From contig CAXXDN010000002.1 in assembly GCA_963667465.2 (NCBI GenBank), positions 992,001-1,056,000 of the forward strand: 64,000 bases of DNA, written 5' to 3'. Both the position numbers and the translations under genes were made by a program. Shown here piece by piece: positions 38,268 through 47,705 of the stretch. Under the pieces are notes generated by a model. The model was not told the origin of the DNA and did not search any database. It was given only the letters and a program-made list of their open reading frames with translations. Origin of the DNA: Dehalococcoidia bacterium (GTDB lineage Bacteria > Chloroflexota > Dehalococcoidia > UBA2979). Position 1 is the first letter of the stretch, and every line of letters begins with the position of its first letter.

Positions 38268-39349
38268 GCGCGCGGCAGCGCCTGGGCGTGCTCTTCGGCG
38301 GGCAGTCGCCGGAGCACGAGATCTCCGTGATCTCGGCGCGCTCGATCATGCGCGAGGCAGACCGCGAGCGCTTCGCGATCGTCCCGCTCGGCATCACCCG
38401 CGGCGGCGAGTGGCTGACCGAGCAGGAGACGCGCGTGCGCCTCGCGCGCTGCGAGGCGGACGGCACGAACTGGCTCGGCGAGGAGCCCGGGCCCGGTCTG
38501 CTCGCGAGCGCCGAGGCGGTGGCCGACCTCGCGAGCGTCGACATCGTGTTCCCGATCGTGCACGGCCGCAACGGCGAGGACGGCACACTGCAGGGGCTGC
38601 TTGAGCTGAGCGACACGCCCTACGTCGGCGCCGGCGTGGCGGGCAGCGCAGTGGGCATGGACAAGTCGCTGATGCGCGCGCAGTTCGCCGCCCACGGCGT
38701 ACCGCAGCCGGGCTACGTGCAGCTGCGCGACCTGGAGCTCACCGAACTCTGCAGCGAGCCCGCGCCGCGCGAGGCGCTCGCCGAGCTCGAGCGGGACATC
38801 GGCTATCCCTGCTTCGTGAAGCCGGCGAACGGCGGCTCCTCGATCGGCGTGAGCCGCGCCCAATCCCGCGAGGACCTGGGCGAGGCGTTGCGCGAGGCTG
38901 CGCGCTACGACCGCAAGGTGCTGGTCGAGGAGGGCATCGCCGGGCGCGAGATCGAGTGCGCCGTGCTCGGCAACGCCGAGCCGCAGGCGTCGCCCCTGGG
39001 CGAGATCCGCCCCCGCGGGGAGTTCTACGACTTCGAAGCGAAGTACCGCGATGCGGGAGCAGAGCTGCTCGTGCCCGCACCGCTCGGCGAAGACCTCGCC
39101 GAGCGTATCCGGCAGACCGCGCTCGATGCGTACCGCGCGCTCGACCTCGCGGGCTTCTCGCGCGTCGACTTCCTCGTGCGCGAGCCGGACGGCATCCACG
39201 TGCTGGAGGTCAACACGTTGCCCGGCTTCACGCCGATCTCGATGTTCCCGCGGCTCTGGCAGGAGGCCGGCCTCTCCTACGGCGACTTGATCACGCGACT
39301 CGTCGACCTTGGCATCGAACGTCACGAGGAGGCGCGCGCCTATGCCTAG
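38264..39349 (+). CDS. ddl: D-alanine--D-alanine ligase
   Basis: FGGQSPEHEIS, HGRNGEDG, KPANGGSSIG, YDFEAKY, EVNTLPGFT. Confidence 0.97.
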   Translation: MSARQRLGVLFGGQSPEHEISVISARSIMREADRERFAIVPLGITRGGEWLTEQETRVRLARCEADGTNWLGEEPGPGLLASAEAVADLASVDIVFPIVHGRNGEDGTLQGLLELSDTPYVGAGVAGSAVGMDKSLMRAQFAAHGVPQPGYVQLRDLELTELCSEPAPREALAELERDIGYPCFVKPANGGSSIGVSRAQSREDLGEALREAARYDRKVLVEEGIAGREIECAVLGNAEPQASPLGEIRPRGEFYDFEAKYRDAGAELLVPAPLGEDLAERIRQTALDAYRALDLAGFSRVDFLVREPDGIHVLEVNTLPGFTPISMFPRLWQEAGLSYGDLITRLVDLGIERHEEARAYA

Positions 39350-40193
39350 CCTCCGCCTGCCGCAGTTGCGCTGGCAGCGCCGGCGAGGCCGCCGCTCACG
39401 CGCCGCCGCGCGGCCGGGCCGCTATGAGCTCGGGCGCGCCGCGCCGCCTCGCCCGAAGCGACGGCTGCTGCCACGCCTGCCCTGGCGGCGGCTCGCGCTC
39501 ACGGCGCTCGCCATCGCGGTCCTCGGCGGCCTCGGCTACGGCGGGTTCTGGCTCGTCGACGGGCCCGCGCTGCGCGTGCAGCAGATCACGATCGAGGGCG
39601 CGGAGGTCGCCGACCCGCTTGCGATCGCCCGCAGCGCGGACATCGACAAGCGATCGCTGCTCACGCTCGACACAACCACGATCGCGGACCGCATCACCGG
39701 GGGCGTACCCGCGGTCCAGAGCGCCACGGTGCGCCGTGAATGGCCGCAGGGCGTCAGGATCAGCGTCAGCGAGCACGCCGGCTGGGGTTACTGGCAATCG
39801 GGCGGTCGCCGCGTCGTGATCGACGCTTCCGGCCTCGTGATCCCCGCCGGGCGGCCCCCGCCCGAGGGCGCGGTGACGATCTTCGAGATCGGCGCGACGC
39901 GGCCCCTCGAACCGTGGGGCGTCGCCGAGCCCGACACGCTCACCGCCGTCAAGCAGCTGATCGAGGACGCCCGGTCGCAGCGGCTCGGCGTCGCGATTCA
40001 GCGCTTCGAGCTCCACTCCGACCGGGGGCTCGTCGTACGCATCGCGGACGGCCCGGACGCGATCTTTGGCGACTGGCGCAACTACAGCTTCAAGGTTGCA
40101 GCCTGGGGCGCGTTGCTCAACCGACTCGAGCGCGAGCCGCTCGAGATCAACGAGATCGATTTGCGGTTCGGGGCAAAGTTGGTGGTGCGCTGA
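39342..40193 (+). CDS. ftsQ: Cell division protein FtsQ/DivIB
   Basis: Basic N-terminus, one TM, POTRA-like V.REWP..V.I.VSE, C-terminal IDLRF. Confidence 0.85.
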   Translation: MPSLRLPQLRWQRRRGRRSRAAARPGRYELGRAAPPRPKRRLLPRLPWRRLALTALAIAVLGGLGYGGFWLVDGPALRVQQITIEGAEVADPLAIARSADIDKRSLLTLDTTTIADRITGGVPAVQSATVRREWPQGVRISVSEHAGWGYWQSGGRRVVIDASGLVIPAGRPPPEGAVTIFEIGATRPLEPWGVAEPDTLTAVKQLIEDARSQRLGVAIQRFELHSDRGLVVRIADGPDAIFGDWRNYSFKVAAWGALLNRLEREPLEINEIDLRFGAKLVVR

Positions 40194-41431
40194 TGGCTCA
40201 ACCAACGTTCGCCGCAATCGACATCGGCAGCACGAAGATCTGCACGGTGGTGGCGGAGGTCATCAACGGCAGCGAGATCCGCATCCTCGGCGTGGGCGTC
40301 GGACCGTCGCAGGGGATCACGCGCGGCATGGTGGACAACATCCACGCCGCGATGGAGGCGATCTCGTCCTCCGTGCAGCGCGCCGAGCGCGCGGCCGGGG
40401 TGCGCATCCTCTCCGCCCACGTCGGCTTCACCGGGCCGCACGTCTCCTCGATGGGCTCGCGCGGCATCGTCGCGATCAGCGACCCACGGCAGCCGATCAG
40501 CGAGAGCGACACGGACCGGGCGCTGGAGAGCGCGCGCATCGTCAACATCCCCAACAACCGCGAGGTGGTCCACGTGGTGCCCCGCTACTACGTGGTGGAC
40601 GGGCAGGACCACGTCACGAACGCGCTCGGCATGTTCGGCTCCAGGCTGGACATGGAGACGCACGTCGTGACCGCCGGAAGCTCCGCCGTCCAGAACATCC
40701 TGCGTTGCGTCGAGGGCGCCGGCGTCCACGTCGACTCGCTGATCGTGGGGCCGCTTGCAGCGGCCGAGGCAGCGGCCGAGCGCGAGGAGCTGGAGCACGG
40801 CGCGGTGCTCATCGACATCGGCGGGGGCGCCACGGACATCGCCGTCTTCGTGCGCGGCACACTGGTGCACACGGCCGTCCTGCCGGTCGGCGGCGCGCAG
40901 ATGACGGGCGACCTCGTGGTCGCGCTGCGCGTGCCGCAACCGGCCGCCGAGCAGGCCAAGATCGCGCACGGCCACGCACTCGCCTCGCTCGTCGACGAAT
41001 ACGACCACGTCGAGATCGACGCCTTCGGCGCCGAGGGCCGCAAGGAGATCCCCAAGCGCTTCATCGCCCAGGTCCTGCAAGCGCGCTGCGAGGAGCTGCT
41101 GGAGATGGTGCGTGCCGAGGTGCGGCGCGGCGCGCAGACCGAGCTGCTCGCCGCCGGCGCGGTGCTGACCGGTGGCGGGGCCTCGGTGCGCGGCCTCGAC
41201 CTGCTCGCCGAGGAAGTGCTCGAGCTGCCCGCGCGCATCGGCCGGCCGCGCCACCTGGCCGGGCTCTCCGACCTGCTGAACGACCCCGCCTATTCGACCT
41301 CGGTCGGCCTGCTGCGCTGGGCGCTGCGCGAGCAGGAAATTATGTTGCGCCCCGCTCCGCGCCGCCGCCGCGGCATCGGCGGCCTGTTCCGGAAGGTCGC
41401 GCAGTTGATGCGCGTCGTGCTCCCCCAGTGA
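40193..41431 (+). CDS. ftsA: Cell division protein FtsA
   Basis: AIDIGSTK, IDIGGGAT, LTGGG, STSVGL, C-terminal amphipathic helix. Confidence 0.97.
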   Translation: MAQPTFAAIDIGSTKICTVVAEVINGSEIRILGVGVGPSQGITRGMVDNIHAAMEAISSSVQRAERAAGVRILSAHVGFTGPHVSSMGSRGIVAISDPRQPISESDTDRALESARIVNIPNNREVVHVVPRYYVVDGQDHVTNALGMFGSRLDMETHVVTAGSSAVQNILRCVEGAGVHVDSLIVGPLAAAEAAAEREELEHGAVLIDIGGGATDIAVFVRGTLVHTAVLPVGGAQMTGDLVVALRVPQPAAEQAKIAHGHALASLVDEYDHVEIDAFGAEGRKEIPKRFIAQVLQARCEELLEMVRAEVRRGAQTELLAAGAVLTGGGASVRGLDLLAEEVLELPARIGRPRHLAGLSDLLNDPAYSTSVGLLRWALREQEIMLRPAPRRRRGIGGLFRKVAQLMRVVLPQ

Positions 41432-41461
41432 TGACTCCCCCAGGAAGCCTTGGAGGCAGCG

Positions 41462-43204
41462 ATGACGAACCTCGCACATGAACCAGGCAGCCGGCCCGCC
41501 GAGCCACCCGGCGCCGCCGCGACGGGTTCCGGCGACGCGGCGCCGCTGTTCGACTACCTCGAGGCGGCCCGCGCGGAGGCGCGCTCGCTTGCGGAAGCCA
41601 ACCCCGCCCCGCTCGACCTGAGCGCCGAGCCGCTGTCCGCCGACGCGCACTCCGAGTTCGACGTCGCGGCCCCGGACACGCCTCAGGCCGAAGCCACGGC
41701 GCCGATGGAGGCGCAGGCCACGATGCCTGTCGAGGCGGCGGCCGAACCCGGCGCCGAGGTCCAGGAAGAGCCAGCTCCGGCGCAGGCCGGGGCGGCCCTC
41801 GATCCGGCGGCGGAAGCCAAGGCCGAAGCGCCGCCCGAGCCGCCCGAGGAGGTCGAGGCGCTCGCCGAACCTCCAGCCGAGGCCGCGGCACCGGCAGAAG
41901 CGACCGTCGAGGCAGCGACCGAAGCCCCGGCGGAGGCGGCGGCCCAAGCGCCCGCCGAGCCGGCTGCGGCGGAAGCCGAGGCGCCTCCCGAGGACACAGC
42001 CCGGAGCACCACGCCCCGGAGCAGAGCAACACGAGCACGCAAGGGATCGCGGGCAGCCCGCCAGACACAGCCCCGCAGCAGTTCCACAGGCCCACGGAAG
42101 GAGTCCGCCATGCAGAGGAACTACGACACGCTCCCGCCGATCAAGGTCGTCGGAGTCGGGGGAGGCGGCTCGAACGCCGTCAACCGCATGATTCCGGACC
42201 GCCTGCCTGGCGTGCAGTACGTGGCGCTGAACACGGACATGCAAGCCCTCGAGAACTGCGAGGCCGAACTCAAGGTTCGCCTCGGCGACCGCATCACGAA
42301 GGGTCTCGGCGCGGGCTCCGACCCGCTGCGCGGCCACCGCGCCGCCGAGGAGTCGCGCGAGTCGATCATCGAGGCGCTGCAGGGCGCGGAGATGGTCTTC
42401 GTGACGGCCTGCCTCGGAGGCGGCACAGGTACCGGGGCGGCGCCGATCGTCGCCGAGGCCGCCCGCGAGATCGGAGCGCTCACCATCGGCGTGGTCACCA
42501 AGCCTTTCGCCTTCGAGGGATCGAAGCGACGCCAGCAGGCCGAAGAGGGCGTGCGCGACCTCCAGGACAAGGTCGACACGCTGATCGTGATCCCGAACGA
42601 CCGCCTGCTGCAGGTCTGCGACGAGGCCGTGCCGATGACGGAGGCGTTCCGCAAGGCGGACGACGTGCTGCGCCAGGGCATCGAGGGCATCAGCCAGCTG
42701 ATCACCGTGCCGGGCATTGTGAACCTCGACTTCGCGGACGTGCGCCGCGTCATGTCGGACGCGGGTCCCGCGCTGATGGCGATTGGCTCCGGTCAGGGCG
42801 AGCAGCGAGCCGTCGAGGCCGCCCGCCGCGCGATCGCCAGCCCGCTGCTGGAGGTCGACATCACCGGGGCGACCGGCGTGATCTTCAACGTCACTGGCCC
42901 CTCGAACCTCTCACTGCAGGAGCTCAACACCGCCGCGCGGGCCATCGCCGAGGTCGTCGACCCGGAGGCGGAGATCATCTTCGGCGCTGCGATCGACGAG
43001 GGGCTCGAGGACGAGGTGCGAATCACGGTCGTGGCGACGGGCTTCTCCGGGATGCGCCAGTCTCTCGCCGGGTTCGTCGAGACAGGGATCGAGATCGACG
43101 TGCCGCCGCGCGCGGAGCCGGTCGCCGACACCTCGCAGCTGCCCGACGCGCTGACGGACTCCGACCTGCCGGCGTTTCTGAGGAGGACCTTCCCGAAGCG
43201 TTAG
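41462..43204 (+). CDS. ftsZ: Cell division protein FtsZ; canonical part 42110..43204, preceded in frame by a ~216-codon Ala/Glu/Pro-rich extension
   Basis: [31 protein letters not shown]-terminal DLPAFLRR; RBSs before both ATG 41462 and ATG 42110. Confidence 0.95.
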   Translation: MTNLAHEPGSRPAEPPGAAATGSGDAAPLFDYLEAARAEARSLAEANPAPLDLSAEPLSADAHSEFDVAAPDTPQAEATAPMEAQATMPVEAAAEPGAEVQEEPAPAQAGAALDPAAEAKAEAPPEPPEEVEALAEPPAEAAAPAEATVEAATEAPAEAAAQAPAEPAAAEAEAPPEDTARSTTPRSRATRARKGSRAARQTQPRSSSTGPRKESAMQRNYDTLPPIKVVGVGGGGSNAVNRMIPDRLPGVQYVALNTDMQALENCEAELKVRLGDRITKGLGAGSDPLRGHRAAEESRESIIEALQGAEMVFVTACLGGGTGTGAAPIVAEAAREIGALTIGVVTKPFAFEGSKRRQQAEEGVRDLQDKVDTLIVIPNDRLLQVCDEAVPMTEAFRKADDVLRQGIEGISQLITVPGIVNLDFADVRRVMSDAGPALMAIGSGQGEQRAVEAARRAIASPLLEVDITGATGVIFNVTGPSNLSLQELNTAARAIAEVVDPEAEIIFGAAIDEGLEDEVRITVVATGFSGMRQSLAGFVETGIEIDVPPRAEPVADTSQLPDALTDSDLPAFLRRTFPKR

Positions 43205-43276
43205 GTCAGGTGCGGCGGCTCGGCGCGATCCGCTGTCGAGCGCACTTGTCCACAGTCCGTAACAAATCGTTGGCAA

Positions 43277-43303
43277 GAGGGGTGGCCCGGCGGGTCGCCC
43301 CTC
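43277..43303 (+). terminator. GC-rich hairpin downstream of ftsZ
   Basis: GAGGGGTGGCCC-GGC-GGGTCGCCCCTC 12-bp stem with G-U pairs; no U tract. Confidence 0.45.
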
Positions 43304-43485
43304 CTGCGACTGCCGGGTGCGCCGGGCGCCCGGCGCCCCGTTCGAGCGATCAACAACGGGCTTGCGGTGGCCAGTGGACACGTTCGCCACAGTCTGTGGA
43401 CTGCCGCCGTTGTCGCCTCGGCGCCCCCGGTGCTGTACTCCCCAGACCCGGAATTCTCCCACTGCTCCCCAAGGAGCCAGCATTG

Positions 43486-44019
43486 ATGACCTGCCCGAGC
43501 TGCGGCCACCGTTCCACGACCGTCGTCGAGTCACAGCAGAACGGTACGGGCGTGAGACGCAGCCGCCGCTGCGAGGACTGCAACGCCCTCTTCAGCACCT
43601 ACGAGCAGCCCGAGGCGACCCGCGTGTTGGTCCGGAAGCGTGACGGGCGCCGCGAGCACTTCCAGCGCGAGAAGCTGCTCACCAGCCTCCGCCTCTCCGC
43701 CCGCAAACGTGATCTCACCGCCGCCGCCATCGAGGCGGTCGTCGAGGACATCGAGCGGCGCATCGCCGCGTCCGACTCGACCGAGGTGCCGAGCCGCGTG
43801 ATCGGCGAGATGGCGATCGCGCACTTGCGCACCCTCGACCCGATCGCCTACATCCGCTTCGCCTCGGCCTATCGCCAGTTCGTTTCCCTGGACGACATGT
43901 TCGACGAGCTGGAGCGGCTGGAGTACAGCGCGATGCCCCCGGCCGCGCAGCCCTCGCTGTTCGACGAGCAGCTGCCGCACGCTCCTCGCCACATCGCCAG
44001 CGCTCCCTCGCTGCGCTGA
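43486..44019 (+). CDS. nrdR: Ribonucleotide reductase repressor NrdR
   Basis: CPSC...RRSRRCEDC...FSTYE, ATP cone KRDGRRE.F.REKL, AYIRFASAY. Confidence 0.96.
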   Translation: MTCPSCGHRSTTVVESQQNGTGVRRSRRCEDCNALFSTYEQPEATRVLVRKRDGRREHFQREKLLTSLRLSARKRDLTAAAIEAVVEDIERRIAASDSTEVPSRVIGEMAIAHLRTLDPIAYIRFASAYRQFVSLDDMFDELERLEYSAMPPAAQPSLFDEQLPHAPRHIASAPSLR

Positions 44020-44138
44020 GACCGCCCTGCCCGCCGCCTTCCCGGAGACGCGCCCTCGCGAGGCGCCCGCACGCCCACGACACCCCCGGGAAGGGGTACG
44101 ATCGATCGAGGCAGCGGGTGAAGCGCTTGCGCGATGAG

Positions 44139-44152
44139 CGCACGTATGTTCT
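44139..44152. promoter_or_regulatory. Candidate LexA (SOS) box upstream of nrdJ
   Basis: Minus strand AGAACATACGTGCG, one mismatch to GAAC-N4-GTTC, inside an AT-rich promoter-like patch. Confidence 0.5.
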
Positions 44153-44194
44153 TATAGGCGCGCACGCTCCCCGTGGCGGAAGGGACAGCGGCTC

Positions 44195-45982
44195 ATGGTC
44201 GCCCCCACTGCGCCCCGCTCCCGGTCGATCGCGCTCTCCTCGAACGCGCGCACCGTGCTGGAGCGCCGCTACCTGCTGCGCGACGCCTCCGGCGCCGTCA
44301 CCGAGACGCCGGAGCAACTCTTCGCTCGCGTCGCGGCGGCGATCGCAGCCGTCGAGCCGACGGCCGAGCTGCGTGAGGCCTGGGCGCCGCGCTTCCTCGA
44401 GGCGATGTCGTCGCTGCGTTTCCTGCCCAACTCGCCGACGCTGATGAACGCCGGCACCGGCCGCGGCACACTCGCTGCCTGCTTCGTACTACCGGTCGAG
44501 GACACGCTCGAATCCATTATGTCGACCGCCAGGGCGACCGCTCTCGTGCAGAAGTACGGAGGCGGCACCGGCTTCGACTTCTCGCGCCTGCGCGGCGAGG
44601 GGGAATCGATCGCCAGTACGCACGGGGCCGCCTGCGGTCCCGTCTCCGTGCTCCGTCACTACGACGACGTCTCCCGGCTCGTCACGCAGGGTGGCAAACG
44701 CGACGGCGCGAACATGGGCATCCTGCGCATCGACCACCCCGACGTGCGCGCCTTCCTCCACGCCAAGGACGACGGCGTCAGCGCGCAGCGCTTCAACATC
44801 TCTCTCGCCGTGACGGATGCCTTCCTTGAAGCCGCCGCCGAGGGCGCTCCCTTCACTCTCGCCGATCCGCGCGACGGCAGCCCGCGCGGCCGCGTGGACG
44901 CGGCGGAGCTGCTGGACGAGGCGGCGCGATCGGCCTGGCTCAACGGCGACCCCGGCATGGTCTTCATCGACACGATCAACCGCGCCAACCCCACGCCGCG
45001 GATCGGCGCGATCGAGGCCACGAACCCCTGCGGCGAGGTGCCGCTGCTGCCCTGGGAGGCCTGCACGCTCGGCTCGATCAACGTCTCCGCCTTCCGGGAC
45101 GAGGCAGCGGACGACCTCGATTGGGCGGCGCTGCGCGAGACCGTGGCGCTGGCCGTGCGCTTCCTCGACAACGTGATCGACGCCAGCCCGTTCCCGCTCG
45201 AGGAGATCCGCGAGGCGGTGCGCGGCAACCGCAAGATCGGGCTCGGCGTGATGGGCTTCGCCGACCTGCTGATCGCCTCGGGCGTGCCGTACGACTCTTC
45301 CGAGGCGCTCGACCTCGCGGAGCGGCTGATGAGCGAGATCGCCACTGCGTCGAACGATGCATCGGCAGTGCTCGGCGCAGAGAAGGGCGCCTTCCCGAAC
45401 TGGGAGCGATCGGTCTACGCGGGCAGGAAGCCCTACCGCAACGCGACGCGCACCTGCGTCGCGCCGACCGGCACGATCGCGATCATCGCGGGCGCGTCCT
45501 CGGGCATCGAGCCGCTCTACTCGCTCGCCCACATGCGGCGGATGGGCGACGGGACGGTGCTGCCCGAGGTCTCGGCCGCCTTCGAGCGGGCCGCCCGCGA
45601 CGGGGGCTTCCACTCGCCCGGGCTCTTCGCGGAGCTCGCGGCGGGGGGCAGCCTCCAGGACCACCTCGAGCTGCCGGAGGAGGCGCGCCGGCGCTTCGCG
45701 ACCGCGCACGAGATCGGCTGGGAGCAGCACGTGCGGATGCAGGCCGCCTTCCAGCGTCACACCGACCTCGCGGTTTCGAAGACGGTCAACCTGCCGCACG
45801 ACGCGACCGTCGAGGACGTGCGCTCGGCGCTGCTGCTGGCGCACGAGCTCGGCTGCAAGGGAATCACCGTCTACCGCGATGGCTCGCGCGCGCAGCAGGT
45901 GCTGGCGCACGCCCCTGCGGACAATCCCGGCGAGGCGGCCAACGGCCAGTGCTGCCCGGAGTGTGGGCTCCCGTCGGTCTGA
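44195..45982 (+). CDS. nrdJ: Class II (adenosylcobalamin-dependent) ribonucleotide reductase
   Basis: PNSPTLMNAG, ACFV, GGGTG, TNPCGE, CTLGSIN, APTGT, KGITVYRDGSR. Confidence 0.95.
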   Translation: MVAPTAPRSRSIALSSNARTVLERRYLLRDASGAVTETPEQLFARVAAAIAAVEPTAELREAWAPRFLEAMSSLRFLPNSPTLMNAGTGRGTLAACFVLPVEDTLESIMSTARATALVQKYGGGTGFDFSRLRGEGESIASTHGAACGPVSVLRHYDDVSRLVTQGGKRDGANMGILRIDHPDVRAFLHAKDDGVSAQRFNISLAVTDAFLEAAAEGAPFTLADPRDGSPRGRVDAAELLDEAARSAWLNGDPGMVFIDTINRANPTPRIGAIEATNPCGEVPLLPWEACTLGSINVSAFRDEAADDLDWAALRETVALAVRFLDNVIDASPFPLEEIREAVRGNRKIGLGVMGFADLLIASGVPYDSSEALDLAERLMSEIATASNDASAVLGAEKGAFPNWERSVYAGRKPYRNATRTCVAPTGTIAIIAGASSGIEPLYSLAHMRRMGDGTVLPEVSAAFERAARDGGFHSPGLFAELAAGGSLQDHLELPEEARRRFATAHEIGWEQHVRMQAAFQRHTDLAVSKTVNLPHDATVEDVRSALLLAHELGCKGITVYRDGSRAQQVLAHAPADNPGEAANGQCCPECGLPSV

Positions 45983-45997
45983 GTGCGACGGGCGGCG

Positions 45998-46444
45998 TTA
46001 CCCGCCCGCCCAGGAAAGCACCTGCTCCGGCGTAATCGAAACCACCACGCGGCCCTCCTCGCGGAGGTTGCGCAGCAAGTCCTCATCGCTCAGTTCCGCA
46101 TCGCCGAAGTCGCGCCGGTACTTCGCGTAGAGCCGCGCGCGCAGCCCAAGCAGCGAGGTGTCGTCGTCGAGGATCTCCGCCTGCCCGGAGACGACGACCG
46201 TGCGGTAGGTACGTGCATCGTCGACGACGAGCGTGACGCTCGAGGCCTCCTGCAGCAGCCGGTACTTCACGCGCCGGCGCGTGATCGAGATCTGGAAGCG
46301 GCCCTCGGAGTAGTCGAACCAGACGGGTGTGGCGTGCGGCGCCGCCTGACCCTCGCCCTCGTCTGCTCCGCGCGGGATGCAGAGGATCGCGTTATGCGGC
46401 TCGGCGAGGAAGTCATCGAACTCGGGGGGTACGCGCTCCGCCAC
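45998..46444 (-). CDS. Pyridoxamine 5'-phosphate oxidase-like (PPOX class, possibly F420-dependent) protein
   Basis: PHATPVWF, RRVKYR.L, VTLVVD, RVVVSITPE..LSW. Confidence 0.8.
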   Translation of the reverse strand: MAERVPPEFDDFLAEPHNAILCIPRGADEGEGQAAPHATPVWFDYSEGRFQISITRRRVKYRLLQEASSVTLVVDDARTYRTVVVSGQAEILDDDTSLLGLRARLYAKYRRDFGDAELSDEDLLRNLREEGRVVVSITPEQVLSWAGG

Positions 46445-46454
46445 GACTCGCTCC

Positions 46455-47675
46455 CTAGCCGCGCGGCAGCCCGAGGCCGCGCGTCGCGATGATGTTGCGC
46501 TGGATCTCGGAAGTGCCGCCGCCGATCGTCGTCGCGATCGCACCGAGGTAGCCGCGCGACCACTTCGCGCGCAGCACGGTGCGCTCGTCGTCACTGTCCC
46601 AGAGCGGCGCATAGAGGCCGAGCGTCTTCAGCGCTGTTCGCGCGATCGCCTGCACGAGTTGGTCCGTGAACAGTTTCTGCATCGAGGCTTCGTAGTTGGG
46701 CACGTCGTCGCGCAGCTGCATCGAGATCACGCGGTACGAGAACAGCCGCGCGACGTTCGATTCGGTCCAGCGGTCGGCGATCTCGCCGCGCAGCGTCGGG
46801 CTGCGCTGCGGGTCGACGCGCGGCGCGGGCTGATCCTTCTCTTCCTCGATCAGCTCGAACAGGTCGCCCAGCGTCTGCAGCATCGTGAGCGCCGAGCCAA
46901 TCGAGGAGCGCTCGAAGTCGAGGTGCGTCGCGCCGACGTACCAGCCGCGGTTGATCTCGCCCACCGCCTGGTCGACGGGGACGCGCACGTCCTCGAAGAA
47001 GACCTCGTTGAACTCGTTGCGGCCGTTGATCTGCTCCAGCGGGCGGATGGTGATGCCCGGCGTGTCCATCTCCAGCAGCAGGTAGGTGATGCCGCGGTGC
47101 TTCGGCGCGTCGGGGTCCGTGCGGAACAGGCCGAACATCCAGTCCGCGTCCCGCGCGTTCGAGGTCCAGATCTTCTGCCCGTTAAGCACGAAGTCATCGC
47201 CGTCACGGTCGGCGCGCGTGCGCAGCGAGGCGAGGTCCGAGCCGGAGCCCGGCTCCGAGTAGCCCTGCGCCCACTTGTCCTTGCCCTCGACGAAGCCGGG
47301 CAGGAAGCGCTGCTTCAGCGCGTCGCTGGCGTGCACCATGATCGTCGAGCCGACGTCGAGGACGCCTGCCCGCGGAGCGCGGTACTCGGCCAGCACCTCG
47401 TTGAGGATGAACTGCTGGTCCACCGGCAGCCCGGCGCCGCCGTACTGCTTCGGCCAGGCGGGGGCCGCCCAGCCGCGCTTGATCAGTGCGTCGCGGAAGT
47501 CATCCACGGCGCGGTCGTGTTCCTTCGGGTCCGGCCAGGTCGGGGCGGAGCCCGGCCCGCCGAGCGCGCTGTACCTGGCGTCGTCACGCAGCTTCGCCGG
47601 CAATGCCTCCTCGACGAAGGCGGCGACCACCTGCCGCCACTCGGCCTGCTCGGGTGTGTCGGAGAAATCGACCAT
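46455..47675 (-). CDS. Acyl-CoA dehydrogenase
   Basis: WPKQYGG, YSEPGSGSDLASL, NGQKIWTS, FNEVFF, GGTSEIQRNIIA. Confidence 0.95.
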   Translation of the reverse strand: MVDFSDTPEQAEWRQVVAAFVEEALPAKLRDDARYSALGGPGSAPTWPDPKEHDRAVDDFRDALIKRGWAAPAWPKQYGGAGLPVDQQFILNEVLAEYRAPRAGVLDVGSTIMVHASDALKQRFLPGFVEGKDKWAQGYSEPGSGSDLASLRTRADRDGDDFVLNGQKIWTSNARDADWMFGLFRTDPDAPKHRGITYLLLEMDTPGITIRPLEQINGRNEFNEVFFEDVRVPVDQAVGEINRGWYVGATHLDFERSSIGSALTMLQTLGDLFELIEEEKDQPAPRVDPQRSPTLRGEIADRWTESNVARLFSYRVISMQLRDDVPNYEASMQKLFTDQLVQAIARTALKTLGLYAPLWDSDDERTVLRAKWSRGYLGAIATTIGGGTSEIQRNIIATRGLGLPRG

Positions 47676-47705
47676 GCCGTCCGTCCCGTCGCTCCATCGC
47701 CGCCC

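Noticed and set aside
43205-43485. Possible replication origin
   Set aside because: Only one perfect DnaA-like box, no AT-rich unwinding element, no dnaA/dnaN nearby
45900-45982. NrdJ apparently truncated (single CPEC at C-terminus, no ATP cone)
   Set aside because: Catalytic motifs are intact; short class II RNRs with a C-terminal Cys pair are within normal variation
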